DNA of 64,000 nucleotides from an uncultured delta proteobacterium (lineage in GTDB: Bacteria; Desulfobacterota; Desulfobacteria; Desulfobacterales; Desulfatirhabdiaceae), in the NCBI GenBank assembly GCA_963789395.1, contig CAWBKP010000020.1:128001-192000 (forward strand), written 5' to 3'. Position numbers and translations under genes: made by a program. Below the pieces are notes generated by a model. That model had not been told where the DNA came from. It worked only from the letters and a program-made list of their open reading frames with translations, and did not search any database. This document shows, piece after piece, positions 10,006 to 19,974 of this stretch. Numbering within the stretch: the first letter of the stretch is position 1; every line of letters starts with the position of its first letter.

Positions 10006-13000
10006 TCATCCGTTTTTATGGACATGCGCGGTTTCCCAGCGCTTGTCCAGATAATACAGGATCGGGACCGTCATCCGGGAAAAGAGGAGCGATGCCACCT
10101 CTCCGGCCATCAGGCTGATGGCAAGGCCCTGAAAAATCGGGTCGAATAAAATGACGGATGCGCCCACCACCACGGCGGCCGCGGTCAGCATCATGGGCCG
10201 GAACCGGACGGCTCCGGCGTCAATGACCGCAAGATCCAGGGGCATGCCCTGCGCCACGCGAAGTTCGATAAAATCCACCAGGATGATGGAATTTCTTACC
10301 ACGATGCCGGCTCCGGCGATAAAGCCGATCATGGAGGTTGCGGTAAAAAACGCGCCCATCAGCCAGTGCGCCGGCAGGATGCCGATCAGGGAAAAGGGAA
10401 TGGCCATCATGATGACTACGGGCGTTGAAAACGACTGAAACCATCCCACGACGAGCACGAAAATGATGACCAGAACGACGGCAAAGGCCATTCCCAGATC
10501 CCGGAACACTTCGTAGGTAATGTGCCATTCCCCGTCCCATTTCAGTGGCGTATTTCCGGTCGCTGTCCGGAAGGCTTGCCGTGTGCTGGGTGATTTTATA
10601 CCCTTCGGCGAGGGTGATGGCTTCGATTTTTTTCTGCATTTCCAAAATGGCGTAGACCGGGCTTTCCTTTTCACCGGCCACATCTCCGATTACATAGACC
10701 ACCGGCATCAGATTTTTGTGGTAGATGCTTTGATCGGACGTCGTCTTTGTGACCATGACCAGTTCCGAGAGCGGCACGAGATTGCCGGCGCCTCCGGCCA
10801 GCTTGATGGCCTCCAGTCTGTTAATACCAGCACGGTCCTGAAGCGGCAGCCGGAGAATGATGGGAACATCTTCTTTTTCCAGGGCCTGGTGCAGCAGACC
10901 TGCCTGCTTTCCGGAAAGTGCCAGTTCCAGGGCGCCTGCGACCTGGGCCGCACTGATGCCGTTAAGGGCGGCTTTTTCCTTGTCCACGGTCAGTTCATAC
11001 CGTGGCTGGCTGCCATCCATGTACCAGTCCACATCCACAACGCCTGCGGTCTGCTCGAAGATATTCCGGATTTGCAGGGCGATTTGTCGCTGGCGTTCGT
11101 AGTTCGGACCATAGACTTCGGCAACCAGCGTGGATAAAACCGGCGGGCCTGGCGGTACTTCGGCCACCTTGACCCTGGCGTTAAAGCGCTTGGCGATTTT
11201 TACCAGCGGCGGCCGGACCCGCTTGGCAATTTCGTGGCTTTGCTGCGCACGGTCTCCTTTTCCGGCCAGATTGACCTGAATGTCCGCCATATGCGGGCCC
11301 TGCCTGAGATAGTAATGCCGGACCAGACCGTTGAAATTAAAGGGGCCGGACGTTCCCGCATGAATTTCGTAGTCAGTCACCTCGTTGACGGTTTTCAGAT
11401 AATCTCCCATTTCCAGGCAGGCGTTGGCGGTTTCTTCCAGGGTTGCGTCATCCGGCATGTCCAGCATGACCTGAAATTCGCTTTTGTTATCAAAGGGAAG
11501 CATCTTGACCTTGACCCAGCCGATGCCCACCATCGCGCAGGCCATCAGCAGCATGGCCGCGACGGAGGCCAAAAACACCCAACGCCAGAAAGCGGTTTCA
11601 ATCAGGGGGGTCATGACTTTCCGGTAAAGCAGGGTGCTCCAGTCCTCGGTTTCGGCATGACCCGGGCCGTCATGCCGGCGAATGAGCCTTAGCGCCGCCC
11701 AGGGCGTGACAATAAAGGCAACCAGCAGCGAAAAAACCATGGCTGCGGAAGCCCCGATCGGGATGGGTCGCATGTAGGGGCCCATCAGCCCGCCCACGAA
11801 CGCCATGGGAAGGATGGCGGCGATAACGGTAAGGGTTGCCAGAATAGTGGGATTTCCAACCTCGTCCACGGCTTCGATGGCCACTTCCACCCGGGGGCGG
11901 TCGGCATTCTCGGGCAGGCGGAAATGACGCACCATGTTTTCCACCACCACGATGGCGTCATCCACCAGGATTCCGATTGAGAAAATGAGAGCGAACAAGG
12001 TGATGCGGTTCAGGGTGTAGCCATAGAGATAGAAAACCGTCAGCGTCAGGGCCAGCGTCACCGGTATGGCAATGGCCACGACGCCGGACTCCCGGTGCCC
12101 CAGCGTAAACCAGATGAGAACCGTAACGGAAAAAATGGCGATGAGCATGTGAAATAGCAGTTCGTTGGATTTTTCCTTGGCGGTTTCCCCGTAATTCCGG
12201 GTCACGGTCAGTTGAATATCGTCGGGGATCACAGAGCCTTTGGCATCTGCAACCCGCTTCAGGACCTCCTGTGCAACGGTAATGGCATTGGCGCCTTTTC
12301 GCTTGGCAACGGTCAGGGTTACGGCCGGGTACACGGTGCTGAAAGCCGCAGCCTCCGGATGGAGACTTTTTTCAGATGCTGCCGGGCCCATTCCGAAAAA
12401 AACATACTGGTCCGGATCTTCGGGCCCGTCGGTAATGGTGGCCACATCCCGCAGATACACCGGTTTCCCGTTATATACGCCGACGACGATGCCTTCGACA
12501 TCTGCGTTGTTTTTCAGAAAACCATTCACATGAACCAGAACCTGGCCTTCGGGTGAGGGATACGCGCCGGCATCTGCGTCTTGATTGGCGGCGCAGACCA
12601 TGGCGGATATCCGGCCGATATCCAGTCCGAAGGCCGAAAGCCTTACCGGGTCTAGTTTTACGGAGAGCTGCCGCCGGTATCCGCCAATAAGCGTCGTTGT
12701 GGAAACATTCTCCCCCCGCTTGATCAGATCATCCACTTCCGCGGCCACCCGCCTGAGGGTGTAATGGTCCGCGTTCTTTCTCCAGAACGTCAGGGCCAGG
12801 ACCGGGACATCATCGATGTAGCGGGGTTTGATCAAGGGCGGGGAAACCGACGGCGGAATTCGGTCCATATTGGCCATCAGTTTGGACTGGAGGCGGACGA
12901 TGGACTTTTCCTCGTCCTGTCCCACATAAAAACGGACCACCGCCATGGACATGCCTGGACTGGAGGTGGAATAGACGTATTCGACGCCGGGAATCTCCCA

Positions 13001-13231
13001 GAGGAGCTTTTCCATGGGCCGTGTTGCCCGTTCTTCCACTTCCTTGGCGCTGGCCCCCGGCATTTTTACGAAAACATCGATCATGGGAACGATGATCTGG
13101 GGCTCTTCTTCGCGGGGAAGGCCGATGACTGCGGCCATGCCGAGAAGGACCGATGCGATGATGAACAGCGATGTCAGCTTGGAGTTGATGAAATAGCCTG
13201 CGATCTTGCCGGCTATGCCGGGCTGGGTCAT
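10006..13231 (-). CDS. RND efflux permease (AcrB/AcrD/AcrF family), frameshift near 10545
   Basis: [35 protein letters not shown]-terminal [27 protein letters not shown] in a second frame. Confidence 0.92.
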
Positions 13232-14394
13232 GACGGCACCTCCACCTTGGCCCCATCAATCAGGTTTGGTGGCGGAATCACCACGAAACGGTCGCCGGCG
13301 CTTAGTCCGGACAGTACTTCCACCTGGGTTCCAGAGGTCCGGCCGGTTCGCAGAAGCCGGAACCGGGCTATCTGATCGGAATCCAACAGGAAAATGCCCG
13401 TCAGTTGGCCCTGGTGGATAATCGCGCTGGTGGGAATGAGCATCTTTTCCAGACTCCCGCCGGCCAGGATAACGCGGCTGAACATGCCGGAATGAATCGC
13501 CGGGTCAAAGGGAAGTGACACCTGAACCATAAAGGATCTGCTGGCGCTATCCGCGGCAGGGGAGATGGCCCGGATTGTTCCTTCAAACGCCTTGCCGCCG
13601 GCGGAGGGAATGGAAACCGTTACGGTTTGAGACAGTGCGACAGACTGAATGAATGATTCGGGAACGATCATATCCACGCGAAAAACATCCGTGGTTTCGA
13701 TTTTCAAAAGCGGTGTGCCGGGCGCTGCCAGGGTTCCAGGATCCGCCAGTCTGGCAAAGATGGCGCCATCAAAAGGCGAAGTGAGTCTGGAATCTTTTTC
13801 GCTGACGCTTGCCCCCGCAACCGCCGCTTCCGCCTGTTGAACGCGGAACCGGGCGGCTTCGGCCATGGATTCGGCCTGACCCAGCGCAGCTTCGGCCTGC
13901 CGAAATCGGGCGCTGACCTCATCAAATTCCTGGCGGCTTGCGGACTCGGTTTTCATCAGGTTCACATAGCGCTCATAAGTCGCCTTTGCCAAATCAGCGG
14001 AGGCGCTGGCTGCGTGCTGTGCAGAAAGCGCGGCAGACTCGGCCTTTCTGGCCTCGGACAGGGCGGCTTCGGCCTGAAGCAGCTGGGCTTTGACCTGCCT
14101 GGGGTCAATGTCCACCAGCACCTGATCTTTTTTGACAAGATCGCCTTCCTTGACATAAACCGCCTTCACCACGCCCATGATCTTACTGGATAGGGTGCTG
14201 GCGTCTTTTGCAGTTACGCTTCCGGTGGCTTCGTAAAGAATGGGCTCCTGGCTGATGACGGCAGTTGCCACCGGTGCGGTGATGGACCTTGCCTGAGAAG
14301 GGTTTACGGTTCCTGGCTCGATTTTATCGCTGCACCCTGAAAACAGGATGCATGCCATGCCTGTGATTGCATAGAGTAAACAGCGTGTCAGCAT
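13228..14394 (-). CDS. RND periplasmic adaptor (membrane fusion lipoprotein)
   Basis: Lipobox-like [49 protein letters not shown] before ATG 14394. Confidence 0.9.
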   Translation of the reverse strand: MLTRCLLYAITGMACILFSGCSDKIEPGTVNPSQARSITAPVATAVISQEPILYEATGSVTAKDASTLSSKIMGVVKAVYVKEGDLVKKDQVLVDIDPRQVKAQLLQAEAALSEARKAESAALSAQHAASASADLAKATYERYVNLMKTESASRQEFDEVSARFRQAEAALGQAESMAEAARFRVQQAEAAVAGASVSEKDSRLTSPFDGAIFARLADPGTLAAPGTPLLKIETTDVFRVDMIVPESFIQSVALSQTVTVSIPSAGGKAFEGTIRAISPAADSASRSFMVQVSLPFDPAIHSGMFSRVILAGGSLEKMLIPTSAIIHQGQLTGIFLLDSDQIARFRLLRTGRTSGTQVEVLSGLSAGDRFVVIPPPNLIDGAKVEVPS

Positions 14395-14464
14395 AACAGT
14401 CTCCATCAAGATGGGTCTAACAGGTCCTATCAACATTCCGCGATGGCCGGGGTCGGCCCGGTCT

Positions 14465-15844
14465 TTATTGAAAATTCGTATCCAGGGTGCCCGTGGCCAG
14501 CGACAACTGAATTCGCGAGGTCGAATAATCATGCAAAGACCGGTATCGGTTGGTCAGGGCGGTTTGCAGCGAAACTTCCGCATCCAGAAGGCTGACCAGG
14601 GTGAGCAGTCCGTTTTCATACCGGTCGCTGACGATGCGAAGCCCTTCTTCAGCCTGCGCAACAGCGGCTTCGGCTACGGATATCTGGTTCCAGGCACTTT
14701 GAACCTGCAAAAACGCCTGCCGGGTCTGAACCTCGATGCCTGCGGCCATATCGTTTCGCATGGCCCGGATCCTGCTGAGCATGGCTTCGGACTCCCGGGT
14801 TTTGGCGCTCATCCGGTCTCCGCTGTAAAGATTTACCCGCAGCATGGCGCCGATGGTATAGCTGTCGCCGCTGTTTCTGAAATCATCAGAGGAATTCAGC
14901 TCATAGGTTCCGATCAGGTTGATAGCGGGAAGATGGGCAGCCTTTGATTTTTGAACTTCATCTTCGGCTATCTGTTCCTGAAGCAGAAGATATTGCATAT
15001 CGGGTCGATGGGACTGGGCCAGCCCGATCCATTCGTCAATCGGGCCAAGGACAGGCGCGCCTTTTACAAGTGCGGTTTCCAGCCGCCAGCTGCTGTCGCC
15101 CGATTCGCCCATGGCGGCGTTCAGGGACGCAAGTGCCATGGATATTCGGCTCTGTGCCTGAATGCGCTCCTGATCCAGTTCAGCAATACGGACCTGGGTA
15201 CGGAGCAGATCGCTTTTTACAACCAGACCGTTTTCATAGCGTTTTTGGATCATTTCCAGATGCACGCGGGCGGTTTCCAGTGCTTTATGGATAACGTCAA
15301 CGGTGTGATTGGCCAGAACCAGACCGGTATAGGCTGTTGCCGCCGAAGCAATCACCTCCTGGCGGGTTCGCGCTAAAAACAGGTCCTGCGCCTCCCGGTC
15401 GAGCCGGGCCTGGTTCACGCCGATCCGGGTCCGGCCGCCCTGGTATATCGACCATTCCATGGAAAGCGCGGAATTGAAGTTGCTGATCGGGTCGGGGTGG
15501 TTTAACCGGTCAGGGTCAAAGTCCGCCTGTGTGATGCTTGCCTGATTGAGCAGGTTTCCGAATGCCCACATGGGGTTGTTGGTGTTGCTGTATGATTCAG
15601 TAAAATATACTTGGGGTAAAAAGCCGGATTCGGCCTGCGTGATGCGGTGATCGGCTGCCGAGACCTGGGACAGCGCGGCCTTGATTCTGGGATTCTGCTT
15701 GTCCGCCCGCTGCATGGCATCAGAAATGGTGAGCGATGGCAGGGGTAACGATGGAATGTCTGCGGACGGGAGGTTTAAAGGGAAAAAACAAAGACAGGCA
15801 AATAACAACATCTGCCATTTCGGCCGAAGAGACATTCGTTTCAT
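14465..15844 (-). CDS. TolC-family outer membrane efflux protein
   Basis: Signal peptide; OEP repeats RYENGLVVKSDLL and RYENGLLTLVSLLDAE. Confidence 0.9.
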   Translation of the reverse strand: MKRMSLRPKWQMLLFACLCFFPLNLPSADIPSLPLPSLTISDAMQRADKQNPRIKAALSQVSAADHRITQAESGFLPQVYFTESYSNTNNPMWAFGNLLNQASITQADFDPDRLNHPDPISNFNSALSMEWSIYQGGRTRIGVNQARLDREAQDLFLARTRQEVIASAATAYTGLVLANHTVDVIHKALETARVHLEMIQKRYENGLVVKSDLLRTQVRIAELDQERIQAQSRISMALASLNAAMGESGDSSWRLETALVKGAPVLGPIDEWIGLAQSHRPDMQYLLLQEQIAEDEVQKSKAAHLPAINLIGTYELNSSDDFRNSGDSYTIGAMLRVNLYSGDRMSAKTRESEAMLSRIRAMRNDMAAGIEVQTRQAFLQVQSAWNQISVAEAAVAQAEEGLRIVSDRYENGLLTLVSLLDAEVSLQTALTNRYRSLHDYSTSRIQLSLATGTLDTNFQ

Positions 15845-15874
15845 AGTGCAATTCCCTTGGGTCATTTCAAAGAA

Positions 15875-16555
15875 TCATGGGTGCGATTGCGCCAGGCTGC
15901 CGATGGTTACGTCACGAAGTTTACCATTCAGGAAAAGAGCAATTACTTCGTTATCACTAGAGAGGCCGATGAGCAAGGGATTTGTCGCATTTCCGGGAAG
16001 CGCGCTGGCGGTCCAGGCCGCAAGACCTCTGAGGAAAGGATTGGAGGAAGCTAAAAAAGGAAGCAGGAATTCGGCGGCACCTGCTGCCAGGTGGGGCCGA
16101 TTCTGGGCCAGTCTTCCCAGTGCCCAGAGGATGCCTTTTTGCAGATCGGGGTGATCAATGAAGTTGCCGCATGGATTGATATAGGAGATCAGGATGCAGG
16201 CATATTCATCGGCCAGCCGCTTGTTTCTGGCCATAGTTTCGCCCATGGCTTCCGCAGATCCCCAGCCGATACCACCGGATTCGTCATTCAAATTCCACAT
16301 CAGGCGCCGCATCACCACGCGGGCAGATTCCACGTTTTCATCTGCAAGAAGGGATACCACGGCGCCCATAGCGGTGATGGCCTGCCAGAAATACAGGGGG
16401 TCCTTGCTGTAGAAAAAAGGAATCAGCGCATTGACAACTTTTCGAAGGGGCATGCGGCAAATGGTGGTCAGCGCCTCATCATCAAGCGCTCCTTTTGAGA
16501 ACAGCGCCGTCAGTTTCTCTTTGAGGCTCCGAATCGATCCGGTTGTTTCAGACAT
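15875..16555 (-). CDS. HEAT-repeat protein, DVU0298-like family
   Basis: ESARVVMRRLMWNLNDESGGIGWGSAEAMGE motif. Confidence 0.75.
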   Translation of the reverse strand: MSETTGSIRSLKEKLTALFSKGALDDEALTTICRMPLRKVVNALIPFFYSKDPLYFWQAITAMGAVVSLLADENVESARVVMRRLMWNLNDESGGIGWGSAEAMGETMARNKRLADEYACILISYINPCGNFIDHPDLQKGILWALGRLAQNRPHLAAGAAEFLLPFLASSNPFLRGLAAWTASALPGNATNPLLIGLSSDNEVIALFLNGKLRDVTIGSLAQSHP

Positions 16556-16556
16556 A

Positions 16557-16745
16557 TCACTCCCATGCGATGCAGTCGGCCGGACAATTCTTTATGGCGT
16601 CATCCACGCAGGACCGGGGATAGTCCGGCATTTCCGTCACCTCGATGTAGCCGGCGTCGTTCAATTTAAAAACTTCCGGGCATACGTCCTGGCATATTCC
16701 GCAGAGAATACATTCGCTTAAATCGATATCAGGTTTTATCGTCAT
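16557..16745 (-). CDS. Monocluster ferredoxin
   Basis: CILCGICQDVCPEVF...AIKNCPADCI. Confidence 0.9.
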   Translation of the reverse strand: MTIKPDIDLSECILCGICQDVCPEVFKLNDAGYIEVTEMPDYPRSCVDDAIKNCPADCIAWE

Positions 16746-17065
16746 GGTTGAAAACTCACAAAATAAAAAATTGGTAAGGCAAGATATCGGTGCGTTTCAC
16801 CTGTTCAGAATCCAAGCGGGCGGCACCGGAATTTTTGGCGACAATCCTGCCCAAGCGGCACATCGGCTTGCAAAAGACGGCTGGATGCGCAGCCATGCAG
16901 ACAGGCTTTTTACAAAAACGCAAGAAATTGATTGATTACATTTCACTATAGGAATAAAATCAATCCTGTCAAGGCAGACATAACCGTTGTCGCCTTCAGG
17001 CCAGGAGTTTGCTTTTGTCAAATTGCGGTATCGCAGGCAATTAACAATAAGCTGTTATTTTTCGC

Positions 17066-17094
17066 TTGCATTTCTGAATGTTGTCATATATCAT
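17066..17094 (+). promoter_or_regulatory. Candidate sigma70 promoter for infC-rpmI-rplT
   Basis: TTGCAT-N17-TATCAT in the AT-rich divergent intergenic region. Confidence 0.5.
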
Positions 17095-17249
17095 CACCTA
17101 TGATATAACTGTTTAATTTGTTTGATGAACCAGGAATAAACCCCCTGTTTCCGTCAAGTTTCAGGCGCTTACCGGTTCCGGAGCTGGTGATTGATATTTC
17201 CGGAGCAGCGGGCATGAGCGATAATTTGTTAACGTGAGGAGGTGCAGGC

Positions 17250-17783
17250 ATAGTCCCAACAATCAAAAGACCCGTCAAAGCCGATAAGACCAACATCAAC
17301 CGGGATATCCGCGCCAAAGAGGTCAGGGTGATAGATCCGGATGGTAATCAGATTGGAGTAATTCCCACATACAAAGCGCTGGCAGTTGCCAATGACTTTG
17401 GGCTTGATCTTGTTGAGATATCGCCCAATGCAGCCCCTCCGGTTTGCAAAATAATGGATTACGGCCGTTATCGGTATGAGCAGACCAAGAAAAAGCAGGA
17501 GGCCAAAAAAAAGCAGAGCTCTTTTCAGATCAAGGAGGTCAAAATACGTCCCAAGACCGGCGAACATGACCTGCAAACCAAAATTGATCACATCCGAAAG
17601 TTCATTGACAAAAAAGATAAAGTCAAATTAACCGTAGTCTTCAGGGGGCGCGAGATAACGCTGTCTCAGGCAGCCAAGGAATTGCTGGAAAAAGTCGTTG
17701 CTGAAACCCAGGAAATTGCAGTTGTCGAACAGGCTGCCAAATTTGAAGGGCGGACAATGGTGATGATCCTTTCACCCAAATAA
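17250..17783 (+). CDS. infC: Translation initiation factor IF-3, non-canonical AUA start
   Basis: GGAGGT RBS then ATA at 17250, in frame with NINRDIRAKEVRVID..DLVEISPNAAPPVCKIMDYG. Confidence 0.95.
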   Translation: MVPTIKRPVKADKTNINRDIRAKEVRVIDPDGNQIGVIPTYKALAVANDFGLDLVEISPNAAPPVCKIMDYGRYRYEQTKKKQEAKKKQSSFQIKEVKIRPKTGEHDLQTKIDHIRKFIDKKDKVKLTVVFRGREITLSQAAKELLEKVVAETQEIAVVEQAAKFEGRTMVMILSPK

Positions 17784-17850
17784 CCTTCGAAGCGGGCATG
17801 AACGGCCCGATCGGATCTGAGAAAAGATTTTCATTATTCAAGTTTGTACA

Positions 17851-17890
17851 GGCGTGAGCAGATAATTTTGGCTCACGCTTTCTATTTTAT
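17851..17890 (+). terminator. Terminator-like hairpin between infC and rpmI
   Basis: GCGTGAGC-N11-GCTCACGC followed by TTTCTATTTT. Confidence 0.45.
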
Positions 17891-17968
17891 ATGCCTTCCG
17901 AGATAAACGCTTTACAGCTCAATGCGTTTTAAATCATCATTGAGGCTTTAATTTTAGGAGATTAGACC

Positions 17969-18166
17969 ATGCCGAAAATCAAAACCAATCGTTCTGCTGC
18001 GAAGCGGTTTAAAAGAACGGGAACCGGGAAATTTGTTTTCTCAAAATCTCATGGCAGTCATATTTTAACCAAAAAGACCACCAAGCGAAAACGATCTTTG
18101 AGAAAAAGTCAGATTATTGATAAAACCAACGTCAGAGAATTGAAATTATTACTTCCGAACGGGTAA
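17969..18166 (+). CDS. rpmI: 50S ribosomal protein L35
   Basis: [21 protein letters not shown]. Confidence 0.98.
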   Translation: MPKIKTNRSAAKRFKRTGTGKFVFSKSHGSHILTKKTTKRKRSLRKSQIIDKTNVRELKLLLPNG

Positions 18167-18280
18167 GACCATGGGTTGTTTTTGGTTCTACTTGCCCAAT
18201 CAGATGGATTTCATGCATTGTCAGCCAGTTGCATGCAGCTGTTTTTTCAAGATGATGCAGGATTAAGGAGATAATGAATT

Positions 18281-18631
18281 ATGAGAGTAAAACGCGGCTT
18301 TAAGGCAAGAAGACGGAGAAATAAAGTATTGAAACTGGCCAAGGGGTTTCGCGGCGGCCACAGCAAACTCTTTCGGACGGCTGCGGACACCGTTGACCGG
18401 GCGCTTGCCTATGCTTACAGGGACCGAAAGGTCAAGAAACGGGATTTTCGCAGCCTCTGGATCGCCAGAATTAATGCGGGTACGCGGATGAATGACCTGT
18501 CCTACAGTAAATTCATGCATGGACTGAAGATGGCCGGTATTGCACTGGATAGAAAAGTGCTTGCGGAACTTGCGATTGCAGACCCGAACGGCTTTTCCAC
18601 TTTGGTCCGAACCGCAGGTCAGCAAAACTGA
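18281..18631 (+). CDS. rplT: 50S ribosomal protein L20
   Basis: [35 protein letters not shown]. Confidence 0.98.
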   Translation: MRVKRGFKARRRRNKVLKLAKGFRGGHSKLFRTAADTVDRALAYAYRDRKVKKRDFRSLWIARINAGTRMNDLSYSKFMHGLKMAGIALDRKVLAELAIADPNGFSTLVRTAGQQN

Positions 18632-18878
18632 TGGCAACTCGATAAGGCCACCAGCTTGATCGTGCAGTGTCCCTTATGGATGAAAATGGTGACCGGGCGG
18701 TTCCCCGGAGTCTGACCGGCGGATCGGGATGACCGGATGAACAATAACCGCCCTGTCATCCACGCGGTCCTTTTCTTCGTAAAAAAAGAAGTCGCCTGCC
18801 AGCGGCGCCTGGAAAAAAGTCATCGCCTGTGTCCCTATTGATCTTACCCCGCCTTTCTTACAGCAGAGCATACAAACC

Positions 18879-19886
18879 GTGGAACAACAGATAGAACAGA
18901 TTCTTCAGCAGGCCCTGGGCGAGCTTCAGTCAGCTTCGCAGGCTGCGCAGCTTCAATCTTTTTCGGTCCAGTATCTGGGACGAAAGGGGCTTGTCACCCA
19001 ATATCTCCGGAACATCTCCCAGCTGCCGGCTGAACAGCGCCCGATGGCAGGAAAAAGAGCCAATGAGATAAAAAATATCCTGGAAGAAGCCCTGCAACAG
19101 GCGCTTCATGAAATTGAAGCCAGGCAGGCTGCGCAAGATGTCGGCATTGATGTCTCCTTGCCGGGCCGGGCCGTATTTCAGGGATCCATCCATCCGATTA
19201 CCCAAATTACCCGACAGATCTGCGAGATTTTTACGGCCATGGGCTTTGCCGTTGCGGAAGGGCCTGAGGTGGAATTGGATCACTACAATTTTGAGTCCTT
19301 GAATATCCCCAAAAATCACCCGGCAAGGGATATGCAGGATACGTTTTATGTGTCGGAATCCATCGTCCTTCGGACCCATACCTCGCCGATTCAGGTCCGG
19401 TATATGGAAACGCATGCTCCCCCGGTCAAGATCATTGCTCCGGGAAAGGTGTACCGGTGCGATTCGGACATTACCCACACGCCGATGTTTCATCAGGTTG
19501 AAGGGCTCGTTGTCGGAGAATCCATCTCCTTTGGAGACTTGAAAGGCATTCTGACGGTGTTTGTCCACCGGATGTTTGATGATCAGACCAGCCTGCGGTT
19601 TCGCCCCAGTTATTTTCCCTTTACCGAACCCAGCGCCGAGGTGGATATCCTGTGTGTCATGTGTCGGGGTAAGGGATGCCGGGTGTGCAAGCAGACCGGA
19701 TGGCTTGAAGTGCTTGGATCCGGAATGGTACATCCTGCTGTTTTTGAGAATGTCGGTTACGACACTTCCCGCTACACGGGGTTTGCGTTTGGAATGGGCG
19801 TTGAGCGGATCGCCATGCTGAAATTCGGAATTGACGATATCCGGAAATATTATGAAAACGACATTCGTTTTTTAAAACAGTTCTAA
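18879..19886 (+). CDS. pheS: Phenylalanine-tRNA ligase alpha subunit
   Basis: HPARDMQDTFY, LRTHTS, FHQVEG, FPFTEPSAEVD, GFAFGMGVERIAML. Confidence 0.98.
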   Translation: MEQQIEQILQQALGELQSASQAAQLQSFSVQYLGRKGLVTQYLRNISQLPAEQRPMAGKRANEIKNILEEALQQALHEIEARQAAQDVGIDVSLPGRAVFQGSIHPITQITRQICEIFTAMGFAVAEGPEVELDHYNFESLNIPKNHPARDMQDTFYVSESIVLRTHTSPIQVRYMETHAPPVKIIAPGKVYRCDSDITHTPMFHQVEGLVVGESISFGDLKGILTVFVHRMFDDQTSLRFRPSYFPFTEPSAEVDILCVMCRGKGCRVCKQTGWLEVLGSGMVHPAVFENVGYDTSRYTGFAFGMGVERIAMLKFGIDDIRKYYENDIRFLKQF

Positions 19887-19974
19887 CCGGTTTTTTGCTG
19901 CTGGGTAAAATGGCTTCTCAGTCGCCTCGCACATGTGAGATCCGGTATGTTATGATGTACAAGGTTTTGATCTG

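Noticed and set aside
10006..13231. RND gene and other split genes as pseudogenes or programmed frameshifts
   Set aside because: No other decay and no obvious slippery sites; the same pattern hits essential pheT
16744..17060. Small ORFs between ferredoxin and infC
   Set aside because: No RBS or protein-like features; more likely a divergent promoter region
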